Shown: positions 1-14,193, numbered from the stretch's first letter. The stretch is 64,000 bases of DNA from Eledone cirrhosa (GCA_964016885.1 OZ024742.1:92070001-92134000), one strand, 5' to 3'. The notes: generated by a model not told the origin, from the sequence alone. Numbers and translations: made by a program.

Positions 1-348
1 TGTTAGAAAGCATTATTATTTGTAACGCCAGATTTAATATCTATATAGTCGAAAACAAAAGAGGGTTTACTTGTATTTCTATAGTAGAAAGCTCTCACCC
101 TACGTAACTCTGGTCTATTCCACACGATAACTTCGCCCTTCCTGACTCTTACTGTCGGTGAAACTGGCTCCATGTCACCATTCAGTTCTCACACCCAGCC
201 ACGTTCCCAGGCACTATGTTTAACCTGTCTTGTGCACACATTGTCACATGTCATCTTCGTTAGCTTGCCGGCGCACCGTGAGCTGCACGTGTCTTTTCCC
301 CCTTAATTACAGTTATGTCTGTCTGCCGGCCTGCAGTACTCTACCTCT

Positions 349-384
<36 letters not shown>

Positions 385-388
<4 letters not shown>

Positions 389-729
389 TCATCATCATCA
401 TTTCATTTTACGTCCGCTTTTCCCTGCTTGCAAGGGTGGGACGGGAACTGATTTTGGCTTGATTTCTACAGCTGGATGCCCTTCCTAACACCAACCTCAT
501 TTACAGTGAGTACTGGGTGCTTTTTTGCCGTGGCACCTCCACGACCACTTTGCAGTGGAATGATAGGGATCCCAGTCCCATCATCTCATTTCTACAGCTG
601 AGTAAACTGGAGCAATGTGAAATAAAGTGTCTTGCTCAAGGAAACAACACATCACCCGGTCTGAGAATTGAACTCACAACCTTTTGATTGCAAGGCCAAT
701 GCTCTAACCACTAAGCCATGTGCCTCCAC
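385..729 (-). mobile_element. SINE/LINE 3' fragments with (ATG)n tail and a tRNA/CORE-like SINE head
   Basis: (CAT)n, CTGGATGCCCTTCCTAAC, AAGTGTCTTGCTCAAGG and GAATTGAACTC (reverse-strand B box). Confidence 0.65.
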
Positions 730-867
730 ATATATATATATATGTGTGTATATATAAATTTGTACATACATACACATATCTTTATATATATATGTATATA
801 AATTTGTACATACACACACATATCTTTATATATATATGTATATAAATTTGTACATACACACACATAT

Positions 868-912
<45 letters not shown>

Positions 913-1106
913 CATATAAAGAAAGAGAGCGACGGAGAGAGAGGGGGTGGGGGGTGGGGGGAGCGTAGCACGTTGTTTATATGGTCTTTTTTTTATTAGA
1001 TTGCTCGAGACCCAATGTCTGAACTTCTACACTAAGTCTTTCAACAGATTTCCAAGGTATGAATTTCTCATTAAAGAAAACATTATTATTATCATTATTA
1101 TTATTA

Positions 1107-1590
1107 GGGCGGTTGATTGGCAGTATTGTAAAGCATTGACCAACATGCTTTCTGGTATAGAGTTACGGCCCTTTACGGTCTGAGTTTAAATCCAGCCGAT
1201 GTTATCTTTGCCATCCATCTTTACAGGGTCGATAAAATAAAGCACCGGTATTGCACTGGGATAATTGCCAAAAGTAGAAACAACTATTTCAATACGGGAG
1301 ACGAAGCGTTCTGCGAACGATGAACAGGACGCTCCTTTCTTCTTCCCTCCATAAAAAATGGTGCTGGATTGGCAATATCGTTAGAGCGTCCGGATGCCAT
1401 GCTTTACAGCATAGAGTTACGTCCCTTTACCCTCTGCGTTCAAATCCCGCAGAGGTTACATTTGCCTTTCATCCTCACGGAGTCGATCAAATAAAGTACC
1501 AGTCACGCACTGGGGATGATTTAATTATCCCAGGGTATTACTGGTACTTTATTTTATCGACCTCATAAGGATGAAAGGCAAAGTTAACCT
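1107..1590 (+). mobile_element. tRNA-derived SINE copies (same family)
   Basis: Same head, B box and central motif at 1107-1290 and 1362-1520; inverted fragment at 1535-1590. Confidence 0.75.
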
Positions 1591-2809
1591 GTGTAGTGTG
1601 GATCTTGATATTATACGCAAATATATATAGATATAGATATCAAATGAAATCGTAATTATCAATATACACAGAAATTGAACGAAGTCTGTGTTACACTCTC
1701 TTCTCTAATCAGCAAAGTAATCCATGATACATTTAAAAAAGACGATATTATATATAAACTGCATTAGGAAAAAATTAGTAATGGAAATATATGAATGCTT
1801 ATATAAGCGATGTAATAAATGTTATAATATAATGAGCGCTAACCGAAAGTGTTGACATTTGAACATTTTAAAGAAGTGAATCTTAAAATAAGCAGTGAAA
1901 TTATTTATATTTAATCAAGAGTTATGATATTTAGTACATACATTATGTAATATTCATTCATTATTTATTCAAAGTAATCCAACTTATTTTACAAACGGGA
2001 TAAAATACATATATTCTGGACGGAGTCCCGCGCTCCACCCTTTATTATAGTTAAGATATATCATAAACAAACGAATTGGACACTTTAAATGGACCCCATC
2101 TTCTCTCTAGGTCAGAACACAGCCGATTTCTTCCAGGGAAGGATAAAGAGTGTGAGAGAGAGGAAGTGAGAAAGATGTATAGAGAAAGAATCGATCCTAG
2201 TAATGGACTGGTACTTATTTTATCCCGAACAGATAAAAGGCAAAGTTTGAACTATAAACTTGCAGAGAGCCGCAAATCATTCTATCCAGTATTTTAACGA
2301 CTCTACTTACTCGCCGCTAGCTAATCTACATTAGTACCTATAATTATGTTCATACATCTCACACCTTGAAATTTCTTACAGTGTTTTGAAGCATACTTCG
2401 AAACATCTGCACATTACCTCTACACAGTTGATTTTTTTTTTTAATGGATATATCTCTGCAAGAACAATATGAAAATACTATCAGGAGAGGAGAAGGCTAC
2501 CCAGTAGATTATTTTGAGAAGACCAAATATATCATTAGACACTTTTAGGAATCACAACAATAAGCCTGCAGAAACCTGTTATGTTGACAGGGTTTTAATG
2601 ATGGTCCTAGACAATACGAAATCGGCTTGGTCGATAAAATAAAGTACCAGTCACGCACAGGGGTCGATTTCATTGACTTTCCTCTCCCCTCAAAATTGCT
2701 GGCCTTGTGCCTATATAAGAAACCATTATTATTTCTAAGACATTTGTCTTAGAAATAATTGTTTCTACTTCTGGCACAGCATATTTTAAGGTGAAGCGAT
2801 AATATTTAT

Positions 2810-2929
2810 AGAAGAAGAAGAAGAAGAAGAAGAAGAAGAAGAAGAAGAAGAAGAAGAAGAAGAAGAAGAAGAAGAAGAAGAAGAAGAAGAAGAAGAAGAA
2901 GAAGAAGAAGAAGAAGAAGAAGAAGAAGA
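2810..2929. repeat. (GAA)n trinucleotide tract, ~39 units
   Basis: Directly visible. Confidence 0.97.
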
Positions 2930-3204
2930 CCAGCATGTCCTATCCCTGGAAACAATAACACAATCAGTGTTACCATTACAGACGAAAGCGTTAGGGTAAT
3001 AACACTCACCAACTGGGCATAGAACTGGAATACATATAAGCCTCTCTATAAGATGGATGATAAGAGATCACCCAATACATTATAAAATATACCGTTTGTA
3101 AGAATAATAAATCAATATTATATAATATTTATTTTTTAAATAAATATGAGTCAGAATTATAGAATAGAAAAAGGTTGGTATCTGTATATATATATTTATG
3201 TGTG

Positions 3205-3279
<75 letters not shown>

Positions 3280-3313
3280 CTGTGTGAGTGTGTATTTTTA
3301 TATATATATATAA

Positions 3314-3351
<38 letters not shown>

Positions 3352-3603
3352 GCTTATGTATATATATTAAGTACACAAACAACGCATATATACACATATA
3401 TTTAATAAACATACACATATATATACACAGTATCAAAGAACATGCATAGATATATTTTAAACAATTATGAAAATTAACAGAGTATAAAAATATATATGAA
3501 AAAAATATGGATTATTAAAAAATAAATATTTTCATCTAGCAATACACGGATACCTTAAGTGAAAGAAACACACAGATGTATACACTTACATATGCACACA
3601 CAC

Positions 3604-3729
<126 letters not shown>

Positions 3730-3735
3730 AATGAG

Positions 3736-3943
3736 ATGTGAGAAAAACCACACACCCTCCATCTCAACTCTACTTTTGAAAAGTAGAAGAACTGCGAAAC
3801 CGGTAAAGGAACCAAATAAATATATTTTTTTTAAAATAAGACTCCAGTTGCATTTTCGATTTCATCTTTTTTTTCTTTATACTTTCACTCGTGTAGGACA
3901 CCTCGGTTATTTTTCATTTTGTAAAAAAAACCTCACTTTCTAA
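3736..3943 (+). mobile_element. ~210-bp PLE terminal fragment with minimal HHR (family A)
   Basis: CTT TTGAAAA GTAG aagaa CTGC GAAACCGGTA AAG at 3773-3808; inserted in (TA)n; other copies listed below. Confidence 0.75.
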
Positions 3944-4861
3944 TAAATAATATATATATATATACATACATCCATACATATACATATATACTCGGCCATA
4001 TATGCATATATACGATATATATATATACACCTATATTATATGAATATATACATATATACATACATATATATATATACATAAATCCGTACGTACAAACATA
4101 CATACGTAAGAGGAAGCACACGAGTTAGGATATATATATATATATATATATATGAAAACAGGGAGAAAGAGACGATTATTAGGAAGAAAAATATATTTTT
4201 TTCCTTTTTTGTTTCTCTCTCTCTTTTTTCTGTGTTAGAAAATGATTAAAACGAAATGTTTTACTTTGTGTGAAGTGTTAAGGTATTAGTTGATTTATTT
4301 ATTATTTAACAATGTCATTTATTTATCTATTTATATATTTAATAATTGTCTATTACCGGTTTCAGCATTTTTATGCATTATCAAATGATAGTGAAATGTA
4401 TTAGTGTGGTGTCGCATATGTTAAACAGAAGGTGCAGAAAGAATAATGTTGTTTACAAACAAGGTTTATGAAGTGAAAAGAAAAAAAAAAGGAAAAAAAA
4501 ATGTGCATAATGTAGAGCATAAAAAGTCAATATGGAAGAAAAAATATGGTTCCAGTTCCTCGGAGGACTAACGGCACACCCAGGAGCTGGACATATCGAT
4601 GAATTGACAGAATGGAACGCATTTCAACACCATGTTTACCTGTTTTTTCTACATTAATTCGTACAGTCTGATGAGGTCACAGTCAATAATAGCTGTCACT
4701 GAAATATATATAGCAGAGAATTTATAATAAACGAAGCCAAATTTAACATGTTTGACATACTTATTTTACACTACTCCGGAGTAAACAAACCAACCTGCGT
4801 ACTTCGTCGAGTGCTCCAGCCTGCATACTGAGGTGTCGGTAAACAACCAACACATACTCAA

Positions 4862-4899
<38 letters not shown>

Positions 4900-6125
4900 G
4901 TGTGTGTAAGATCTTCATCTTGTTAACAGTCTCTGGTGACATAGCTGCCAAAATAATTGAACCGTTCCACTCTGGCAAGTTTTTGCCCATCAACGAAAAA
5001 ATCAAATTGCTCTCCAACACTCATTCTTTCAGTCTTTTTAATGATTATTCGGAGGCCCATTTTCAATGAATCTGTGTTATGTGTAGATAACAGCTGCTGT
5101 AGATAAATAGGCTTATTGCAGAAAATGACGATCTCATCAGTATATTGGGCCTCTCTTATGAAATCATGAAGTAACTTTGTCTTGGACTTGAGGCAAGGAA
5201 AATAAAAAATATCGTCATCGTATCTAAAGGGTACTTTGATGCTGTGTAAGGAGCTGACTTCTTTGAAGGCTATAATGAGCAACACAGCAGCATAGAGCCC
5301 AAACAGTGTAGGGACATGTTTGCAGCCTTGTTTCATCCTACTATTGTCGTTTATAGCGTTTGACGATTCGCTAGCTATATGTATAGCATGCATATTTGAA
5401 TATAGATTCCTAATGATACGAAAAACTTTAGCTGAACAGCCAAGCTTTCTCGGGATTTCGAAGAGTAGCTCTCGATTGACACAGTCAAAGGCCTTGGTGA
5501 AGTCTATAAAAGCGATGTGTAAATTACACTTCTGTTCTCTGCATTTCCCCATAATTTGACGTAAGGTGAAGATACAGTCAATAGTGCTTCAATTCCTCCT
5601 ATATCTAGATTGTGACTCGGGGTAACATTTTTCAGCAAGCCGTTGTGGTCTCTGGAGTATGATGTCGGCAAAGATTTTCCCAACCACACTAAGCAATAAT
5701 ATGCCACAGTAGTTTTCACAAAGACTACGATTTCCTTTCATAAAAAGAATAGAAATGTTAGCGTCAATGAGATCAAATGGTAAGCTTTCTGAGATCCAAA
5801 ACTGATTAAAAATAGATAACAGAAATGATCTCAAGGCATTGCCATCATGAACTAAAACAACAGGAACTAATCCATCAGGATCTGGACTCTTCACGAGTTT
5901 AGTGCTTTTGAGCGCTTCTTTCTTGGTGATAGCGTTGTCAAATTCTTCAGTGTTTAGTTGTTGCTCCATTTCATTAAATATTTTCCAATTAGCATCAGAT
6001 GGTTGGTTAAGGAGTTTACGAAAGTGCTTAATTCATCTATAATGTCTTCAGATACCGAAAGAAGGTTCCCGTTCTTCGACGGCACAGAATGCAGATTTTT
6101 GGACTTGGGGCCATTGAAAGCTGTT
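4900..6125 (-). mobile_element. Decayed RTE-clade LINE RT fragment
   Basis: KSPDPDG, NYCGILLLSVVGKIFA, PESQ, KCREQ..LHIAFIDFTKAFDCVNR, KQGC, FNYFGS. Confidence 0.88.
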
Positions 6126-6424
6126 TACCGTGTACGTACAACGATAAACAGCGGAGGCCACGTGTTGTCCCTCTCCGACACAACTTTTTCCCTCGGAAAA
6201 CCCCCAGTTGATGGATGCGAAATCTGAAATATAGAGACTAAATCACTTCCAAGGTAACTCTATATCGTGTTATTATTTTTTTACACTTTTCTTACGTCCT
6301 TTTACACTCTGTACGCCTCTTTCTACGCTTCCTATTACATTTCTACGCTCTGTCATTACCACCTGATTCTGTTACCCGGAGATTTAACCATCCTCATTGT
6401 TGAGGCTTCAAATGACTATATATA

Positions 6425-6484
<60 letters not shown>

Positions 6485-6490
<6 letters not shown>

Positions 6491-6736
6491 AGAAATGTAA
6501 GCTATCGCCGTATTTTGACGAAAGAAATTAAAGAAATTATTTAGCCTGATAGCGGGGTTAAGAACCCTCGGAGAAATGGAAAAAAGATGAGTATTGACGT
6601 ACATGGGAGTCGAACCCACATCTTTGGTTATCCGGCTAAATAATTTCTTTAATTTCTTTAATTTTTTTAGTCAAAATACGGCGATAGCTTACATTTCTAA
6701 TAATTTCAAACCCACTCGCTGTTTCGAAAATATTCT

Positions 6737-6739
<3 letters not shown>
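6485..6739 (+). repeat. Inverted repeat (~68-77 bp arms, ~75-nt spacer) + 35-nt tail in (TA)n
   Basis: ATTATTAGAAATGTAAGCTATCGCCGTATTTTGAC... versus ...GTCAAAATACGGCGATAGCTTACATTTCTAATAAT. Confidence 0.8.
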
Positions 6740-6773
<34 letters not shown>

Positions 6774-7089
6774 TCATGTAAATCTGCATAATCTATAAAT
6801 ATTCATAGGTAGTAGAATTAAAGGCCTTGGGGATAATTCATGGCAAATATCAGTTTTTAAAGAAGAGATGCAAGCCGCTGCAGTTTAACATACATGTTTA
6901 AAAAGATCAATGCAAACATATTCGTTATGATTCATGTTTGTATACGAGTGGTAGAGTTAAACACACGGTCATGTGCACGTAATATGTGTATATACACAAC
7001 GTGTGGATTAGTGCATATTGTACATGTGAGAATGTACTTGTATATATTGATATTATTTGTATGTGTTTATATGTATGTACGCCCCCCCC

Positions 7090-7121
<32 letters not shown>

Positions 7122-7271
7122 GTGTTTGTGTGTGTGAGTGTGTATGCATACATATATATTCATATACAAATATACATATATGTGTGAATAAAGTGTATAA
7201 ATATATTGTTATACAAACACTTGTATTCATATATATAAATATACATATACATATATATATACATACATACA

Positions 7272-7311
<40 letters not shown>

Positions 7312-7384
7312 CTAGGTATCGTTTAAGGTTATCCAGGAAGAGGTTGCGAGTAATCTGTACCGTGAAGGATTGTAACGTGCGGCG

Positions 7385-7458
<74 letters not shown>

Positions 7459-7882
7459 CTGTATATATGTATATATATATATGTGTGTATACATACATAT
7501 ATATATATACCTGGAGTTGCGACCGTTAGATAGTATTAGCAATTGGAAAGACCAACGGAAACATAGTTTCCTCGGTCCGATTTGACGAAAGTCGATCGAC
7601 TAGAAATAAAAAATAAAAAAAAAATATATATATATATATTCATATATATACATTTATATATGCATATATGTGTGTATAAATATACCGTCATACATACACA
7701 TATATATTCATATATTTATAATTCTTAACATATGCTTAAACATTATCAAAATTGCAGCTGCTGATGCGTTTGTGTACACATCTATCAGCTCTGTAGTACA
7801 TGTGGCTATATATTTACACGTAGACATATGTTCAAATTATATATATGGCTGTCCATTGAAACATTAGTGATGTGAAAATAGA

Positions 7883-8063
7883 TAATTGTTTCTACTATTG
7901 GCACAAGGCCAGCAATTAGCCAGTACATTACTGGTACTTTATTTTATCGACACCGTAAGGATGAAAGGCAAAGTTAACCTCGGCGCGATTTGAACTCAGA
8001 ATGGCAAGGGCCTTAACTCTATGCGGCAAAGCATGGCGCCCGACCCTCTACCGCTACTGCCAA
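7883..8063 (-). mobile_element. tRNA-derived SINE
   Basis: Reverse complement of the family consensus. Confidence 0.8.
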
Positions 8064-8176
8064 TATGAATGCTAATGTGTGAACGATAGCTGGTTCTATG
8101 ATTTATCTATAGGACACACGACTCGTGGGCAGGTAAAGAAATTCAGACATAACCACACTTACACATACACACACAA

Positions 8177-8269
<93 letters not shown>

Positions 8270-8275
8270 AATATT

Positions 8276-8328
<53 letters not shown>

Positions 8329-9362
8329 CGTGATATAAATGGAGAAAGAGAGTTGTGTGTGTGTATATATGTGTATGTACACGTATTAGCGCTCCATATT
8401 TGCCAATCTTTCCTTTATATGTATCTATGTATAAGCAATTATATGAATGGAATATATTTCCTTCTGCTTCCTTTCTCACTCCTCTCTCTTTCTCTCTCTC
8501 TCTCTCCACCTCCCACCACACACACACATAGACACACATATATACGCGTATGTATGTATTTATATATATATCAGCCGTCGGGGTCCTGACTATCTTCCTA
8601 TATATATATATGTGTTTGTGTGTGTGGGGGGGGGGGTATGTGCACGTATATATAGATATATATACGTGCATTATTTATATTCATGCCAAAAGCTATTACT
8701 CTTAATAATTCTTACTCTCTCACCCCCCAGAAAAAGAATAGAAACTCTTTTTGAAAAAAAAATCTAAATTAGAAGAAAACAATTTGAATCACTGGCATGT
8801 AAAACAAAAGATAAAATATAAATAAAAAGCGATTATTTAGAAATCCAATATGGCGTCATACAAAAGTTCTAGAAACAACTTATCAGGATTGTATTCATAG
8901 CATTTAATTGAAGTTTCCAGAAAATCAAAAACATTTATCTCGGCAACCATTCTTACACTAATCCTAACTCAAAGCCTAATTTTCTTTCGTAATTTTATCA
9001 TATTCTTTTCACATTATGTATTCTTATTTCTCTTTTTTCTCTAAAAAGAACTTTATGTAATTTTCTCTCATCGTTTTTCTCTTTATTGTTGTAAGTTTAA
9101 GTGTCAGTTTTTGTAATGTTTGTAATTTTAGTTCCGTTAATTTTTCTTAAACCATTGCGACTTGGCAGTCTAATTCAACAATTTTCATTTGATATCTTGT
9201 ATGTAATATTCCAGATGCTTAGAGTCCATCGTTTCCTTTTGATTTCTTTGTTTTCTTTGTTTTCCTGTATATTTCTTATGTATCTACTCTTTATCTCTCC
9301 CCCTCACAAACGCATTACATTAGATGCACATACATACAAACACATACATGCTCACATGTACA

Positions 9363-9398
<36 letters not shown>

Positions 9399-9461
9399 GT
9401 ACATTTGTATTTTATTGCATTTGTATTTTATTGCATTTATTTTCATTTACTTCTTGTAATA

Positions 9462-9557
<96 letters not shown>

Positions 9558-9824
9558 ATTCAGTGAATTACTGGTGGTGGTACCAAAACGACCACTCAGT
9601 GCACAGGCAGATTGTATATATTAAGAAAAACGATGAAGTTTCTTTTATATGCATTTAGTTTTTATTGTGTATCGTATCGTACTGTTACGTGCGTTTTGCT
9701 GAAGATTGGCTAAGGGTCACTCATGAAAGATATGAGAGAGAGAAAGAGAGAAATGACTTCTACAGGATTACAACTATGTCATTCGTATGATTTAATACAA
9801 ATGAAACAAAGTCATTTGTATATA

Positions 9825-11490
9825 TAATAATAATAATAATAATGACAATTATTGTGTACAGTGCACAGGTGCACTACAACTCATCAAAGGTGCATGTATA
9901 GTGCGTAGAATAATGTACAAATGTCAGGAAATTGAACAATGTTCGAGTCATGATATACACACATTTACATGCGGAGGCGGAATATCAGGTGCAGTGTTCG
10001 AAATTTCGGGAAGCATGGAAGTTTTGAAGGATGCAATGCCCCGACAGCTAAAAACTGATACAGATAGTTTGATCCATGCTTCAGCAACTCTGAGGGTGAA
10101 ACAATGTTTCCGAAAGTTATGGGAGCTGTGCTGTTTTCTGATTTTGTAAGCATGTCCACGGGTGTTAGACATATGGAATTCAAGAAGGTGTTTAAGGCAG
10201 TTGTTGGCAAGATGGTTGATAATTTGGTTGTATCTACCAAGTCAGCTGCTAGACGTCGGCGGTTTTAAGTACCCATGCCCAGGGGAACACGGCGTGCAAA
10301 TTATGGTAAATGCCTGATCGAGTGTATTCGTTTGGATACATCCCTCTGAACAGTTTCCAGGAGGTCAATCTTCTGAGCAAGATAGGGGTTCCAGACTGGT
10401 GATGCAAATTCTAATTGGACTTCACCATAGCTATAAACAGTTTTAAATAGATAGCTAGAGAGCGGCTGACAAAGGTTTTACTAAGTGATGCTAAGACACC
10501 CTCGACCTTCTTGACAATTTTAGAGTTGTGCTTTGTTCAGCGCAAATCGCTGTTGACAATAATGCCCAGGCCACGTTCACAAGAAAACTTCTTTAGATTA
10601 TTGTTGTGGAGGGCGTATGTGAACGCTGGATTTTTCCTCCCAAAATGCACGGTGGTAGACTTGTCCACAGCCAGCTTCAGTTGCCAGTCCATGATCCATT
10701 GCTGCATTGTATCCTGGTCTGATTACAGGAAAGATCTATAGTGTTCAGAACCTGTCCTATTTATCTCAAGGTACATCTTGATGTCATATGAATATTTCAG
10801 CACTGTGGAATTCTTTAGGTTGGCATCTATGTCATTGATATATGCAACAAACTAAAGCGGACCAAGAACAGATCCCTGTGGTACACCAGATGACATCTCA
10901 GAGGGTGAAGAATGCTGTAACTACCTCTTTTCGACTGAGAATGAAGAACTTCAACCAGTTATAAAGATCCTCTTTCACACCCATTGCAGAGAGGTTTACC
11001 ATAAGTCTTCTGTGTGGCACGGAATTAAAAACTTTAACTAAGTCAAGATAAACAATATTCATCCATGAACCGCCATCAGTGATTCGGGCAATGATTTCAA
11101 GAAACTCGAAAAGTTGATTACAGCAGCTGGAGTTAGGGTTAAATCCAAATTGTGAGGTTACAGAGTGTTTTTCTGACATAAGATTCCAATAGTTTGGCGA
11201 TGCAGCTAGTAATACTGACTAGACGTAAGTTAACAGGCGACGTGCGTTCACCCCTTTGAACAGTGGAAGTTTTCCACTGCTCTGGTGTAACACCGTTGTT
11301 GAGACAGAATTGAAGGAACAGTGAAAATTGGTGCAGAAGAAAGTATCCATCACGTTTGAGAAGTAGGTAGGTAACACCATTAAGACCAGTTATGACTAGG
11401 TGAGGCATAGTTGCACTCATTCTTAAGATGGCGTCGAAGCATTACAGCTGTAAATTCCATAGTTAAAGATGTCTATGCTCTACCAACGAA
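9825..11490 (-). mobile_element. Decayed CR1-clade LINE 3' portion
   Basis: RLVSITSCIAKLLE, QFGF, VYLDLVKVFNSVPHRRL, GVPQGSVLGPL, TRGHAYKI...FTLRVAEAW; (ATT)n tail. Confidence 0.85.
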
Positions 11491-11612
11491 TTGTTTACCA
11501 TTTTAATTTTGGTTACCCATCGATACAACACAGAAATCTACATATTTATGTATATATCTAATATATATATATATATATATATATCTAATATGTATATATA
11601 TCTAATATGTAA

Positions 11613-11636
<24 letters not shown>

Positions 11637-11645
<9 letters not shown>

Positions 11646-12793
11646 CAATATCGGAGAAAGCTTTTTAGCGATACTCCGGCCAAATTCCAACGCACTCAAC
11701 AAACATTAGGAAATAAGTGATTATATTCCCAATTATGCGTTCGGGGTGCTAACTAGAAGTATTGCGTGGAAAATTGGCTGTATTATTTCATATGAGACAT
11801 CGAATATATCTCTTCCCAGGCGGACGTCTTGTTTCATTATAGGATTCCTACAATTTGGGTGAAATTATACCAATTTATGTAGGAGCTTGTATACCATCAA
11901 TAGATATATATTCAAGTGGGCTCCTATAATTCATTAGTGGGTGCCCCAATAATACTAATATTGATAATCTAACCAACATCAGCATTTAGCGATAATCATC
12001 ATCAGTGCCTGAGGTATCTGTCAGGTTGCCAGTCCAGCAGTTCTAAAGAAATGCTCAAACTGATTCAAAAATGAGGAAGTAAATTACCGCCAAAAAAAAA
12101 CAATACATGCGCATGACAATGAACTCTAAAAGGAATTCAGGCCACGTGCTAGAACTCAATTGGAAATTGAAAAAATATCTGTGTGTACAATGTTTGATGA
12201 CACACAGATATTTTCTCGGGCAAAATAACAGAATGAGATATAAGGAACAATCAATATTCATATATAAAAAATAAACAAAGAAAGGCTAATCTTATACCGG
12301 GAATTTCAAATCTGTTGGACCAAGAGTAAATAAATAAATACAATATCGGAGAAAGCTTTTTAGCGATACTCCGGCCAAATTCCAACTCACTCAACAAACA
12401 TTAGGAAATAAGTGATTATATTCCCAATTAAGCGTTCGGGGTGCTAACTAAAAGTATTGCGTGGAAAATTGGCTGTATTATTTCATATGAGACATATCGA
12501 ATATATCTCTTCCCAGACGGACGTCTCGTTTCATTATAGGATTCCTACAATTTGGGTGAAATTATACCAATTTATGTAGGAGCTTGTATACCATCAATAG
12601 ATATATATTCAAGAGGGCTCCTATAATTCATCAGTGGGTGCCCCAATAATACTAATATTGATAGTCTAATCAACATCAGCATTTAGTGATAATCATCATC
12701 AGTGCCTGACGTATCTGTCAGGTTGCCAGTCCAGCAGTTCTAAAGAAATGCTCAAACTGATTCAAAAATGAGGAAGTAAATTACTGCCAAAAA
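11637..12793 (-). mobile_element. Tandem repeat (~1.65 x 695 bp) with type I HHR; second retrozyme-like family
   Basis: TACAATATCGGAGAAAG recurs at 11644 and 12339; HHR on the minus strand; flanked by TA-rich microsatellite. Confidence 0.8.
12512..12638 (-). ncRNA. Canonical-core type I hammerhead ribozyme motif with extended stem II
   Basis: Minus strand: CCCA CTGATGA ATTATAGGA...TCCTATAAT GAAACG AGACGTC CGTC TGGG. The sister copy (11815-11941) has CTAATGA and a GCC triplet, so is likely inactive. Confidence 0.82.
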
Positions 12794-12802
12794 ATGTATA
12801 TA

Positions 12803-13012
12803 TGTGAGAAAAACCACAGACCCTCCATCTCAACTCTACTTTTGCAAAGCAGAAGATCTGTGAAACCTGTAAAGGAACCAAATAAATATATATATTTTAT
12901 TAAAAATAAGACTCCAGTTACATTTTCGATTTCATCTTTTTTTCTTTATACTTTTACTCGTGTAGGACACCTCGGTTATTTTCCATTTTGTAAAAAAAAC
13001 CTCACTTTCTAA
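12803..13012 (+). mobile_element. Family A PLE fragment (HHR degenerate)
   Basis: Homologous to 3736-3943; core mutated to TTGCAAA and stem III to GAAACCTGTA. Confidence 0.75.
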
Positions 13013-13109
13013 TATATATATATAGGAAAAAAGTCAGAACCACGACGGCTGAGCTCCGACCGTTTCGACAGTTAGAGCCGAAATATAAATATATATATAT
13101 ATGTGTGTG

Positions 13110-13231
13110 TGTGAGAAAAACCACAAACCCTCCATCTCAATTCTACTTTTGAAAAGCAGAAGAACTGCGAAACCGGTAAAGGAAGCAAATAAATATATAA
13201 TTTTTATAAAAAAAGACTCCAGTTGCATTTT

Positions 13232-13232
<1 letters not shown>
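13110..13232 (+). mobile_element. Family A PLE fragment, mini-HHR at 13146-13181
   Basis: CTT TTGAAAA GCAG aagaa CTGC GAAACCGGTA AAG. Confidence 0.75.
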
Positions 13233-13297
<65 letters not shown>

Positions 13298-13856
13298 GGG
13301 GGGGTGTATGTGTGTGTTCCTAAACCTGATATTTCCCCCATTTATCGAGTTCTTTGCTAATCGCTTTGAAGAACAAGTATTTGAATTGCGAGCTATTTAT
13401 TACTATAATTACTTCTATAATCTCTCGCTTTTATCCCAATTTCAATGTTAAATTCAGCGATTCCAGCACTCTAGGTAAAGTCCTTAACAAACCAAATCGA
13501 GTGTATTTATGTTTTTTTTTTAATGTTTTTCCAGTTTACATACATCATCGTTCTCCACACATCAGTGTATTAATCTACACATTATTCTCTTTGTACATAT
13601 AAACAGTTATTTAGACACATGCGCATATCTCACACATTTCAATGTAAGATTGTATGTCTATACATGTATACTTATATACGTATACTTATTTAGATAAATA
13701 TACATACCCACTTAATAACTCTTTATTCCACACACACACACCCATGATTCGCTTTCTGTCGCTATCTTTCCTCCCCTCCTTCCTGCATTTCATTTCACAT
13801 TATCTTTTTATGTGTTTATGGGTCTATGTATGTATAAGTGTATGTATACGTATATA

Positions 13857-13959
<103 letters not shown>

Positions 13960-14152
13960 GTGATGTGTGTGTGTGTGTGTGTCCGTATTTACTTTTATTT
14001 TACAATTCATCTATTTTCCAGTTTACTTTTTAAAAATATCAAATCCCTTTTGAATATGTATACATATTAATACACAGAGTTTCACACATACACATGTGTG
14101 CATTAATATGTATGCATTAATATGTGTGCATTAATATGTGTGCATTAATATG

Positions 14153-14193
<41 letters not shown>

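Noticed and set aside
749-880. ~44-bp triple tandem repeat (also the 12-mer TGTGCATTAATA x4 at 14097-14152)
   Set aside because: Ordinary slippage-derived minisatellites with no variable spacers.
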